This document shows positions 1 to 6,885 of a stretch of DNA of 14,195 nt, piece by piece; the first letter of the stretch is position 1, and each line of letters opens with the position of its first letter. The DNA comes from a virus. The position numbers and the translations under genes are program-made. The DNA lies in the UHGV virus genome UHGV-1730239, one strand, 5' to 3'. The notes under the pieces are model-generated. The model was not told the origin of the DNA and made no database searches. It worked only from the letters and a program-made list of their open reading frames with translations.

Positions 1-13
1 GCTCTTCCGATCT
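1..13. other. Illumina adapter remnant (GCTCTTCCGATCT); technical sequence marking the contig end
   Basis: Exact match to the reverse complement of the common adapter stem AGATCGGAAGAGC at the very first bases; biological sequence starts at ~14. Confidence 0.85.
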
Positions 14-51
14 ATAAACAGGTTGAAGGTGATGCGCTTAGAATTTTTCAT
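14..51 (-). CDS. Possible N-terminal fragment of a leftward gene running off the contig end (MKNSKRITFNLFI...)
   Basis: Minus-strand ATG at 51..49 preceded by AGGAG (revcomp of 61-65) with a 9-nt spacer; the frame stays open into the adapter. Only 13 codons visible. Confidence 0.2.
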
Positions 52-101
52 TTATAAATACTCCTGAATGCTCTGTGTTAGTTTTAATGTTTCATGCTAA
101 A

Positions 102-138
102 AGCCTCCTTGCGCCAACAGGGAGGCTTTTTTATTTTT
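102..138. terminator. Rho-independent terminator-like hairpin, usable in both directions
   Basis: Stem AGCCTCC (102-108) pairs with GGAGGCT (121-127), extendable to ~10 bp; followed on + by TTTTTTATTTTT and on - by TTTT. Sits ~40 nt downstream of the minus-strand gene 171-350. Confidence 0.6.
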
Positions 139-170
139 AAAGCCATCATATAATTCTCAGTGAAAGTGGA

Positions 171-350
171 TTAACAAACTTGAACGTTAATCTTTATCTG
201 AATTTCGTATTTCTTCATTAGCTTATAGAATCCGCTTCTATCAATTCCTTCCTTCTTAAAGAAATTCTCGCCGCCTCGTTCAGTATCGCCATAAAAGCGT
301 TTAGCAATATCAACAATCATTTCACGAGTAAACTTAACAGGTCTAGCCAT
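171..350 (-). CDS. Small DNA-binding protein with resolvase-type (HTH_7-like) helix-turn-helix, 59 aa
   Basis: ATG at 350 with GAGGA 8 nt upstream; the listed 64-aa ORF begins at an upstream TTG. Protein MARPVKFTREMIVDIAKRFYGD...SGFYKLMKKYEI matches the GRPxxFT...IA...S..FYK..KK pattern of invertase/resolvase C-terminal HTH domains. Paralog of the gene at 3448-3675. Confidence 0.6.
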   Translation of the reverse strand: MARPVKFTREMIVDIAKRFYGDTERGGENFFKKEGIDRSGFYKLMKKYEIQIKINVQVC

Positions 351-449
351 AAGTAGATTCCTCAAATGTGGATTAATAAGGACAATAAAAAGAGCTTTTC
401 GCCCTCGATACTTCTATTTATAAAATGATTTTCAGAAAACCCTGTAAAA

Positions 450-573
450 CCACTGTATATCCGATCAGTGGGAGCACGAATTGCTAAAGAGAAGATTAAT
501 AATTAATCAATTCGTACATTATTCAATCGAAAAAGCACTGTATGTTTAACCAGTGCTGTATGTGTTAACAGTG
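450..573. promoter_or_regulatory. Three copies of an 18-bp operator-like element CTGTAT-N7-CAGTG; the third also fits a LexA-box pattern
   Basis: 453-470 CTGTATATCCGATCAGTG; 538-555 CTGTATGTTTAACCAGTG; 556-573 CTGTATGTGTTAACAGTG, with the last two directly tandem. Copies 1 and 2 are flanked to form CCACTG..CAGTGG and GCACTG..CAGTGC inverted repeats. 556-571 reads CTGT-N8-ACAG. Confidence 0.5.
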
Positions 574-692
574 AATCAGGGGATTTTCAGAAGTGAACAA
601 TCATTTCATGCATGTATTTATACACGAAAAAATCTTGCTTATCATCAATATGGGGATTGTTTCGAAAATTTCAACCCCTATCAACGAGAAAA

Positions 693-737
693 AGTATAAA
701 ATAATCCTTGACAGTTGTCAATACACTTGACCTAAGC
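693..737. promoter_or_regulatory. Divergent promoter/operator: palindrome TTGACA-GT-TGTCAA with a leftward sigma70-like promoter and a rightward TTGACA-N13-TTGACCTAAG motif
   Basis: Palindrome at 708-721. Leftward: -35 TTGACA (721..716), 17-bp spacer, -10 TATACT (698..693), pointing at the operator triplet and gene 171-350. Rightward: bipartite motif 708-737, no convincing -10. Confidence 0.5.
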
Positions 738-918
738 GAGAAATGACTATCAAAATTTTTGTGTGAAAATGGCGGATAACGATTATCAACCTTTATAACC
801 TATTATAGCACGGCGACCTTTTGATCATTCCTTTTAAATCATGCGATTACCGCGATTTTTGGTGATTTTATGATTAAATAATATACAAGAATTTTCTATC
901 AAAATTTTTGATGAAAAC

Positions 919-1038
919 CCTACACTACAAACCTACACTTTAAAGGGATTGGCCTACACTACACTAGCCAGTAAACCTACACTATAACACCCTCAAACCT
1001 ACACTATGAAACCTACACACCTACACTAACCCTACACT
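919..1038 (+). repeat. Iteron-like array of eight direct CCTACACT copies (consensus aAACCTACACT) with irregular 8-23 bp spacing
   Basis: Copies at 919, 932, 953, 976, 998, 1012 (variant CCTACACA), 1020 and 1031, all in the same orientation, immediately after an AT-rich tract (841-915). No ORF covers the array. Confidence 0.8.
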
Positions 1039-1223
1039 TCAATCTCATAAGTGTATGATCTTGAAAGACATTTAACCCCACAGACCATAGAATATAAAAT
1101 TCGAACTAACGTTCTCCTTTTTGCTCGTTTTCTCTCACTACGTTCAAGAAAGATCTCGCAAAAAGAATACGGCGTAGCCGTGCGCGAAGCGCCCATCAAC
1201 ACCTTCTAAGACCTGCAAGCAGG

Positions 1224-1382
1224 ATTCGAAAGGGATTGGATAGTTCGCTTCGCTCACGTTCACGCCTACGGCGTTCACTCGCTTTTGAAAGGATTTTCTT
1301 AGAAAGGGATTTAATACTAGTTACTAACTGATTCTAGTAAACGAACGAAGTGAGTAACAATCACTTTCTAGAAAGGTATTGG
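1224..1382. repeat. Second repeat family: short palindrome followed by AAAGG(G)ATT(GG), inside a GC-rich ORF-free stretch
   Basis: TTCGAAAGGGATTGG (1224-1239), TTTTGAAAGGATTTT (1284-1298), TTCTTAGAAAGGGATTT (1296-1312), TTTCTAGAAAGGTATTGG (1365-1382); an extra copy TTTAAAGGGATTGG at 939-952 lies inside the CCTACACT array. Confidence 0.6.
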
Positions 1383-1383
1383 T

Positions 1384-1412
1384 ATCCCTTCGGGATTGCA
1401 ACCTTCGGTTGC
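1384..1412 (+). other. Two tandem stable hairpins with CTTCGG centres
   Basis: ATCCC-TTC-GGGAT (1384-1396) and GCAACC-TTC-GGTTGC (1398-1412), back to back with no U-tract; candidate RNA processing/stability elements or protein-binding palindromes. Confidence 0.5.
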
Positions 1413-1611
1413 TAAATTGCTTCCTGATTATTATTTCTCCAAAAGAAAGATTCTTATATTCTAAAGATACTTCTTCGTTTTGATGATGATTTAATCAAAA
1501 CTATGAAGGAGGGCTATGCCCGACTGAATACAATCACCTTTCATAATAACAAGAATTTTCTCTTTATAAATAATATTAGATTGATTCACTTTCTTTTAGA
1601 GGATTTCCACT

Positions 1612-2079
1612 ATGAACCATAAAATGACTACCACTACTCCTTTCATCCTGTTAGGTTTTGATGCTGATAGCTTCCACAATGACAAGTTAATGAAGATGTT
1701 CCGTGAACGTGGTTATAACATCCTTTTCAATTCCGATGAATCCCATTTCTCTAGTGCATGGTATGCGTTTTGCCGTAATAAGAAGCCGACCATTGTTGTT
1801 AACGTCTTCACCGATGAAGATCGCTTAAAGTACCAGAATCTACCAGCAATTATTGTTCGTGATGATCTGCCGTTTGAAGTCCGTTCCGGTGACATTGATC
1901 TGGGTAGCTTCGTTACTGTCTATGAACTGGATGAAGCAATGTTTAACTACGGCAAAGAAACCGCTCAGGAAGCCCCAGAACAAGATGAAGAAGATGAGGA
2001 AGACGAAGACTACGCTCCAATCTGTTTTTCTTCTCAGAATGGCTTCTACGGTTACGATGAAGGCTTAGATATGCTGTAA
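1612..2079 (+). CDS. Hypothetical strongly acidic early protein, 155 aa
   Basis: ATG at 1612 with AGAGGA 8 nt upstream; coherent codon usage; C-terminal tract EAPEQDEEDEEDEDY. By eye roughly 35 D/E against 13 K/R. Confidence 0.7.
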   Translation: MNHKMTTTTPFILLGFDADSFHNDKLMKMFRERGYNILFNSDESHFSSAWYAFCRNKKPTIVVNVFTDEDRLKYQNLPAIIVRDDLPFEVRSGDIDLGSFVTVYELDEAMFNYGKETAQEAPEQDEEDEEDEDYAPICFSSQNGFYGYDEGLDML

Positions 2080-2180
2080 GTTAGGTCAACCCTTTGGCGT
2101 CTTGTCAAGGTGTATTGACAAAAATTTCTGACTTTTTATGATTATCGCACTTGACAACTTTGATTATATTTGACCTAGAT
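2080..2180. promoter_or_regulatory. Promoter/operator region with inverted repeat TTGTCAA-N6-TTGACAA, a sigma70-like promoter, and two further TTGACA-N13-TTGACCTAR motifs
   Basis: Inverted repeat 2102-2121; -35 TTGACA (2115-2120), 16-bp spacer, -10 TATGAT (2137-2142). Bipartite motif on + at 2151-2180 (TTGACA-N13-TTGACCTAGA) and on - at 2108..2080 (TTGACA-N13-TTGACCTAAC). Confidence 0.55.
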
Positions 2181-2199
2181 TTGTAAAGAGGATGTAAGC

Positions 2200-2379
2200 A
2201 TGAAAACCTTTACCCGTGAACGTGAACCAGGAGTGATCGAAACCCGCCGTCGTCGTTATGTTAAGGGCTTTGGTTGGGCTACCGAAACCGTGGATGTGGA
2301 ATATAAAGACGAATCCAAAGCACCGAAACCATCACCTTTGCAAATGGCTTTACGCGGATTGTGTGCTAACAACAAATAA
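2200..2379 (+). CDS. Small basic hypothetical protein, 59 aa (MKTFTREREPGVIETRRRRYVKGFGW...); not in the supplied ORF track
   Basis: ATG at 2200 with AGAGGA (2187-2192) 7 nt upstream, ~55 nt downstream of the promoter; host-like codon usage (cgt, ccg, gaa, acc); stop TAA 2377-2379. Confidence 0.55.
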   Translation: MKTFTREREPGVIETRRRRYVKGFGWATETVDVEYKDESKAPKPSPLQMALRGLCANNK

Positions 2380-2402
2380 GAAATAGCTCTTATAAATAAA
2401 AT

Positions 2403-2426
2403 TGTTCCGGTGGTGATGCCGGAACA
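2403..2426 (+). other. Intergenic hairpin without U-tract between the 59-aa gene and the Rha-family gene
   Basis: TGTTCCGG (2403-2410) pairs with CCGGAACA (2419-2426) around an 8-nt loop; followed by GGGAGG, not a T-run. Possible processing site or attenuator. Confidence 0.4.
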
Positions 2427-2470
2427 GGGAGGATTAAATCGCAAAACCGTTAATTAAGGGGAATTTTACT

Positions 2471-3307
2471 ATGAATACTGTTACTGCTATGACTACTAAA
2501 ACTGCTTCCGTGTCTCTGGTTGTTGATAACACCAAACCGCTGACCATGTCTACCCGTCAGATTGCTGAATTAACCGGAAAGAGTCATGATCACGTTTTGC
2601 GTGATTTTCGTAATATGATTGCTTCTATCCAAAAAGGTAGCAAACTGGTCGGAGGAGATCTCACCAATTTTGGCGAGATTGGTTTTTATACAGAAACCAC
2701 GTACAAAGATAAACAAAACCGCAATCAGCGCATGTATGAACTGGATGAAGATCTCTGTAATACACTGGTTATGGGATACGATGCACCGCTTCGCTTCAAA
2801 ATTGCTAAAGAATGGCGTTTGATGAAAGAAGGTAAAGCTAATGTTCCGGTTAATCCATATGAACACTTTGAAGAAACCGATTGGATCGAACTGGCATTAG
2901 AGAAAACCCGTGAAAATAAACGTCTGGTTGAATTACATGTTCGTAAAGCTATCGACACTCACAGCTTAACCCGTCTTCTGGGCGAAAAACGAGGCTCAAC
3001 GAAGGTACAAATGATTCTGAAAGGATTGTGTGCGGCTGGTGTTCTTGAGCGTCGTCTGGATGCTTCTGGTAAGCCTAACGGCTATGATCTGCTTCCTCCT
3101 GGTTATATGTTCGCTCGTATGTCTGCACACGGTCAGATCGAGTTCACTGCTGATGCTATCCCGCATCTCGTAAAACTCGGATTGCTTGAAGAAGAAAAGG
3201 CCGCAACTTTGAAATTGCCACAGCCGAACAACTCACGAGCAATCGTCAATAATACTGCTTTGCTGATTCGTCAGAATGCCGGATCGCTGGAACACTTCGG
3301 ACTGTAA
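2471..3307 (+). CDS. Rha-family phage regulatory protein (antirepressor-like), 278 aa
   Basis: ATG at 2471 with AAGGGGA upstream. N-terminal segment LTMSTRQIAELTGKSHDHVLRDFRNMI matches the Rha/ORF6N motif (IAELTGK.H..VLRD.R); ends with tandem stops TAA-TAA. Confidence 0.8.
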   Translation: MNTVTAMTTKTASVSLVVDNTKPLTMSTRQIAELTGKSHDHVLRDFRNMIASIQKGSKLVGGDLTNFGEIGFYTETTYKDKQNRNQRMYELDEDLCNTLVMGYDAPLRFKIAKEWRLMKEGKANVPVNPYEHFEETDWIELALEKTRENKRLVELHVRKAIDTHSLTRLLGEKRGSTKVQMILKGLCAAGVLERRLDASGKPNGYDLLPPGYMFARMSAHGQIEFTADAIPHLVKLGLLEEEKAATLKLPQPNNSRAIVNNTALLIRQNAGSLEHFGL

Positions 3308-3315
3308 TAATTTTT

Positions 3316-3341
3316 GCCCCTGAAATTCAGGGGCTTTTTTG
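3316..3341 (+). terminator. Rho-independent terminator after the Rha-family gene
   Basis: GCCCCTG (3316-3322), 5-nt loop, CAGGGGC (3328-3334), then TTTTTT (3335-3340). Confidence 0.8.
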
Positions 3342-3412
3342 TATCTACATCACGCGAATTTTCGCGCCATCTTCCACCAACCCGCCGATGGCGTTTTGGT
3401 CACCTTACAGAT

Positions 3413-3439
3413 ATAAAAAAAGCCACTCCGAAGAGTGGC
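3413..3439 (-). terminator. Rho-independent terminator for the leftward two-gene operon
   Basis: On the minus strand: GCCACTC, UUCG loop, GAGUGGC, then a 7-8 U run (A-run 3414-3421 on +); 8 nt beyond the stop of gene 3448-3675. Confidence 0.8.
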
Positions 3440-3447
3440 AAAGAGAA

Positions 3448-3675
3448 TCAAAAACCTGTTGCTTCTACGATCTGACCGTCGCCAATCTGAACATAGAATT
3501 TAATATCTAACTTCTTGATATTTTTATAGAATTGAGCTACCGATATAGCGTGCTCACTAAGAATCTGTTCTTTCGCTTCCTTCCCGCGATCCGCTGTATA
3601 GTAAGCGTAGGCAATATCAGCCATTTGTTCTTGAGTGAAACGTGCCGGACGACCGCGAGTAGCTTTAATAGTCAT
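3448..3675 (-). CDS. Small DNA-binding protein with resolvase-type (HTH_7-like) helix-turn-helix, 75 aa
   Basis: ATG at 3675 with GGAGGA 7 nt upstream; the listed ORF starts further upstream without an SD. Protein MTIKATRGRPARFTQEQMADIAYAYY...ISVAQFYKNIKKLDI carries the GRPxxFT.EQ...IA...S..FYK motif. Paralog of gene 171-350. Confidence 0.65.
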   Translation of the reverse strand: MTIKATRGRPARFTQEQMADIAYAYYTADRGKEAKEQILSEHAISVAQFYKNIKKLDIKFYVQIGDGQIVEATGF

Positions 3676-3710
3676 AGTTACTTCCTCCAAATTAAAGTGA
3701 ATGTTCACCT

Positions 3711-4313
3711 TTATTTAGAGGACTTACATTTTATCGGAAAAAGTTCTCCATCGTCAACTGACATAAAAAACTCTGCCTTAATCCCGTACTTCTTCAACCG
3801 TGAATAATATGTACCCCGACTTATATCAACCTTGCGAAGCACTTCAAAGAAGGATTTAGGATCGTTGTAATAGTGGCTGTACTTCACGTTAGCGAGTTCT
3901 ACAAACAATTCCCTTGTATCACCATAGCCTTTCTTGAAAGCCACGTTACGATAGCGTGTAATAGCGTGATTTAGTCTCTTCTGTTTCAACACTTCCCTGA
4001 TCGGTGTCCACTGCAACCGATAGATCGGACCGTCATCCACTCGATAATAACGCTTGATATCAAAATCAAACCATTCACGGACTCTCTGGAACTCTGTATG
4101 TGATGTTCTATGCTTCTTAAAGAAGTTGTGAACGTCTGTATAACCATTATCACGGTAAAATTCTATTAAAATCTCTTTCGCTTCCTCACGGCTAAACCCA
4201 GATGTTGTGTAATCGGTCTTTAAGTGCTTATGTTTTACTGGCAAACGATATTCATGATCGGTACAAGACAAGGCTAATTCTAATTCATCTCTTTCTTGCT
4301 GATTAATTAGCAT
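3711..4313 (-). CDS. Hypothetical protein, 200 aa, with C-terminal HTH-like segment ([13 protein letters not shown]); first gene of the leftward operon
   Basis: ATG at 4313 with AAGGGGGG upstream; its stop sits 35 nt before the next start. The C-terminal motif resembles the recognition helices of the two small HTH proteins. Function not recognised. Confidence 0.6.
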   Translation of the reverse strand: MLINQQERDELELALSCTDHEYRLPVKHKHLKTDYTTSGFSREEAKEILIEFYRDNGYTDVHNFFKKHRTSHTEFQRVREWFDFDIKRYYRVDDGPIYRLQWTPIREVLKQKRLNHAITRYRNVAFKKGYGDTRELFVELANVKYSHYYNDPKSFFEVLRKVDISRGTYYSRLKKYGIKAEFFMSVDDGELFPIKCKSSK

Positions 4314-4400
4314 ACACCCCCCTTAAATCTTAATACCCGTATTTATCAGAAAATCAACAATTTAATAAATACCTTCATATTTCGTAATGAGGGTAATTAC

Positions 4401-6308
4401 ATGAAACTGATTTCGAACAAGGCCAAATTAAAAAAGATTCTTAAAAATGCCGCAAAATATATCACTCCACCGCCTAAACTCCTTCCGTCTGAATGGTGCG
4501 AAGCGAATATGGTGCTGGTAGATGGTCCTCAAGCTGGGGATAAAGTTAAATTGTTGTCATTCCAAAAAGGCATGATTGATGCACCTTTCCTTGAGAACAA
4601 GAAAAAGTATGTCCTGATGACCAGTGCACAGATCGGAAAGACTACCATCCTGAACGGTATCCTGTTTAACCAGATGGCTAACGATCCATGCAATATGATT
4701 ATCGGACAATCAACCGCTAAAGAAATGTCTCAATATCTCGCTGGTAAGATCCGACCGTCTATCGAAGCATGTGATGCATTAAAAGACGTTGTTACAGACA
4801 AGAATGATCGCAATGCGGTTAACAACAATAACCAACTCCAGCTAAAAACGAATCACTTCCTGTACATGGTATCGCTAACCAGTCCATCGACCCTACGTGG
4901 TAAGACCGCAAAGGTTGGATTGCTTGACGAAATCGATGCTGCTACAGCCTCAGAAGAAGGTGATCCGGTGGCACTGGCTGCTAACCGTTTAACTACCTTT
5001 GGCGATGAAGGCCGATTAGTCGTATCCAGTACCCCGACCAGTAAGCTGGGAAGCATTAACCAGCAATGGTTATCAAGCGATATGCGTATGTTTTTTGTTC
5101 CGTGTCCTCATTGCGGTAGACACCAGGTGATCGAGTGGGAAAACGTTCAATTTGAATGGCGTAACATCGATGGTAAGAACTTGCCCGATCCTGATACCGC
5201 TCGTTATATTTGCCCCCACTGTAAGCAATCATGGACAGAAGGGGAACGAATCAGGGCAGTAGCGCAAGGCGAGTGGAGAGCAACCCGTGAAAGTGAAGTA
5301 GCCGGATTCTGGATCAGCCGTTTGTATTCACCTTTCAGCACGATCCGCGCTTGTGTGGTTGATTTTAGCCATGCGTGGCAATCCTTTGATTTACAATCAT
5401 TTTATAACACCGTGTTAGGCAAGGTATACGACGATCAGGACACGGCAGTAGAAGCAAATGAACTGGAACAACTCAAAACAGATGTTTCTATCGAGAATAT
5501 CCCTGATGACGTGATTTTCTTGTGCTCAGGAATTGACCAGCAATTGGACCGCGCAGAATCTACCATCTTAGGTGTAGCGAAAGATAAGGTTTACATTCTG
5601 GATCACCGCAGCTTTTACGATCATAACTGTGAACGATATGAATCACCTGTTTGGGATCGCCTGGTTAACTTCAAGAAAACCAAATTCTATAACGTTAATG
5701 GTGAACGTGTACCAATGCTCGCCAGCTTCCTTGATACATCGAACGGTCGATTCACTCAAGCCGGATACCGTATTTGCGGCAAGTGGAAGAACCTACACGC
5801 GATCAAAGGTAGTTCATCTGGTAATGCTCCAGTGATTCCGGTTAAACCTACCCGCACAGGTGGTCATGAATTGCTTATGCTGGGTGTTAACGTTGGTAAA
5901 TCCGCTGTTCGTGAAATGCTGGTTAGAAACCTGAAAGATAATCCTCATATTGGCTTAGAAATATCAGAAACCGTTCCTGATGATTATCTCGATCAGCTTT
6001 TGAGTGAATCCATCAAGCGTACTACTACTGGCGTGCGTTGGGTGAAAAATCCAGGTAGTACCCGAAACGAGGCTCTCGACTGTCTGGTTTATAGCTATGC
6101 TGCTTCTCGCTACGTCCTTTCAAAAATGTCATGGGATAAACTCATTGCAATGAAAGATAGTTTGAACCGTGAACCAGAAGAATCCGTAGAATCTCCTAAA
6201 TCGCAATCTAACGAGCAAATCGAAGAAACTAAGCCAATCACACGACCGCAACGTCAAAACATCGCCAGACGCCCAAATAGAGGCCGTAGCTGGATAACAT
6301 CGTTCTAA
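4401..6308 (+). CDS. terL: Terminase large subunit, lambda gpA family, 635 aa
   Basis: ATG at 4401 with GAGGG upstream. Walker A-like TSAQIGKTT and Walker B-like GLLDEID; the segments GIDQQLDR and RNEALDC(L)VY match what I recall of lambda gpA (GIDSQLDR, RNEALDCFVY); CxxC pairs (CPHCG, CPHCK). Confidence 0.9.
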   Translation: MKLISNKAKLKKILKNAAKYITPPPKLLPSEWCEANMVLVDGPQAGDKVKLLSFQKGMIDAPFLENKKKYVLMTSAQIGKTTILNGILFNQMANDPCNMIIGQSTAKEMSQYLAGKIRPSIEACDALKDVVTDKNDRNAVNNNNQLQLKTNHFLYMVSLTSPSTLRGKTAKVGLLDEIDAATASEEGDPVALAANRLTTFGDEGRLVVSSTPTSKLGSINQQWLSSDMRMFFVPCPHCGRHQVIEWENVQFEWRNIDGKNLPDPDTARYICPHCKQSWTEGERIRAVAQGEWRATRESEVAGFWISRLYSPFSTIRACVVDFSHAWQSFDLQSFYNTVLGKVYDDQDTAVEANELEQLKTDVSIENIPDDVIFLCSGIDQQLDRAESTILGVAKDKVYILDHRSFYDHNCERYESPVWDRLVNFKKTKFYNVNGERVPMLASFLDTSNGRFTQAGYRICGKWKNLHAIKGSSSGNAPVIPVKPTRTGGHELLMLGVNVGKSAVREMLVRNLKDNPHIGLEISETVPDDYLDQLLSESIKRTTTGVRWVKNPGSTRNEALDCLVYSYAASRYVLSKMSWDKLIAMKDSLNREPEESVESPKSQSNEQIEETKPITRPQRQNIARRPNRGRSWITSF

Positions 6309-6313
6309 TCATT

Positions 6314-6332
6314 CGCCGTCCTTCGGGGCGGC
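6314..6332 (+). other. Stable UUCG-tetraloop hairpin right after the terminase stop, no U-tract
   Basis: GCCGUCC-UUCG-GGGCGGC (one G-U pair) followed by TTACTCC; more consistent with a processing/stability element than a terminator. Confidence 0.45.
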
Positions 6333-6380
6333 TTACTCCTAAATATTGTTAATCCAATAACAATTAAATAAGGGGTAATT

Positions 6381-6875
6381 ATGAGTTTAGAACTAATTCC
6401 CTTAGTAATTCGTAAAGGCGAAAAAATCACGCTGGCGAATGAAGAGGGTGTAACCATTCAGATAGGAAATAGTAAAGGCATCATTTATCAGGTTGATGAT
6501 ACTCCGGCTAATCACGAGATTAAAACCTTAGATTTTGCCGAAGGTAAATATACCATCGTAACCACGTTGGAAGATGAACTGGTATCAATGCAGGAATTAA
6601 CTGTTTTACCTATTTTTCAGCGTCAATCCAAAAAAGAATATCTGCGGGAAACTATCGCCACTGTCGAGCAAGTTATTTTCGCCCGGCTATCGGGGGATGA
6701 GGCCGCATTATCTCAAATGACAGTGAAAGGGAATACTTTCGCCTATGAGTCATTGGCTGTTCTCCAGCAATTAAAGACTGATTATGAACGTCAGTTATCT
6801 AAATTAATTCAAGCCGAACGACGTAAACAGGGAATTAGCCCGATTAAAAATATTAAAGTACGTCTTACGCGATAA
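6381..6875 (+). CDS. gpW-like head-tail joining protein with ~90-aa N-terminal extension, 164 aa
   Basis: ATG at 6381 with AAGGGG upstream; sits between terminase and portal as lambda W does. The C-terminal ~70 aa (LSGDEAALSQMTVKGNTFAYESLAVLQQLKTDYERQ) resembles my recollection of gpW ([37 protein letters not shown]); the N-terminal part is unrecognised. Confidence 0.5.
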   Translation: MSLELIPLVIRKGEKITLANEEGVTIQIGNSKGIIYQVDDTPANHEIKTLDFAEGKYTIVTTLEDELVSMQELTVLPIFQRQSKKEYLRETIATVEQVIFARLSGDEAALSQMTVKGNTFAYESLAVLQQLKTDYERQLSKLIQAERRKQGISPIKNIKVRLTR

Positions 6876-6885
6876 GGGGTAAATC

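Noticed and set aside
450-555. LexA boxes at operator copies 1 and 2
   Set aside because: Only copy 3 (556-571) fits CTGT-N8-ACAG; copies 1 and 2 have CAGT one base out of register, so they are more likely sites for a phage-encoded regulator.
766-790. DnaA box at GGATAACGATTATCAACC
   Set aside because: Best match to TTATCCACA is about 6 of 9; too weak to call without a clustered set of boxes.
919-1038. CRISPR array interpretation of the CCTACACT repeats
   Set aside because: Repeats are only 8 bp with irregular 8-23 bp spacing; CRISPR arrays have 24-48 bp repeats with regular, similar-length spacers. No cas genes are present.
1141-1420. tRNA or tmRNA gene in the GC-rich structured segment
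   Set aside because: No cloverleaf arrangement could be assembled; GGATTCGAAAGGG only superficially resembles a T-loop, and there is no acceptor stem or CCA end.
366-1611. Short ORFs in the control region (26-aa ORF at 650, ~58-aa minus-strand ORF from ATG 1195, ~39-aa ORF from ATG 1503, the 3-codon ORF after AAGGAGGG at 1516)
   Set aside because: None combines a properly spaced SD with coding-like codon usage, and several overlap the repeat arrays; the region is better read as non-coding.
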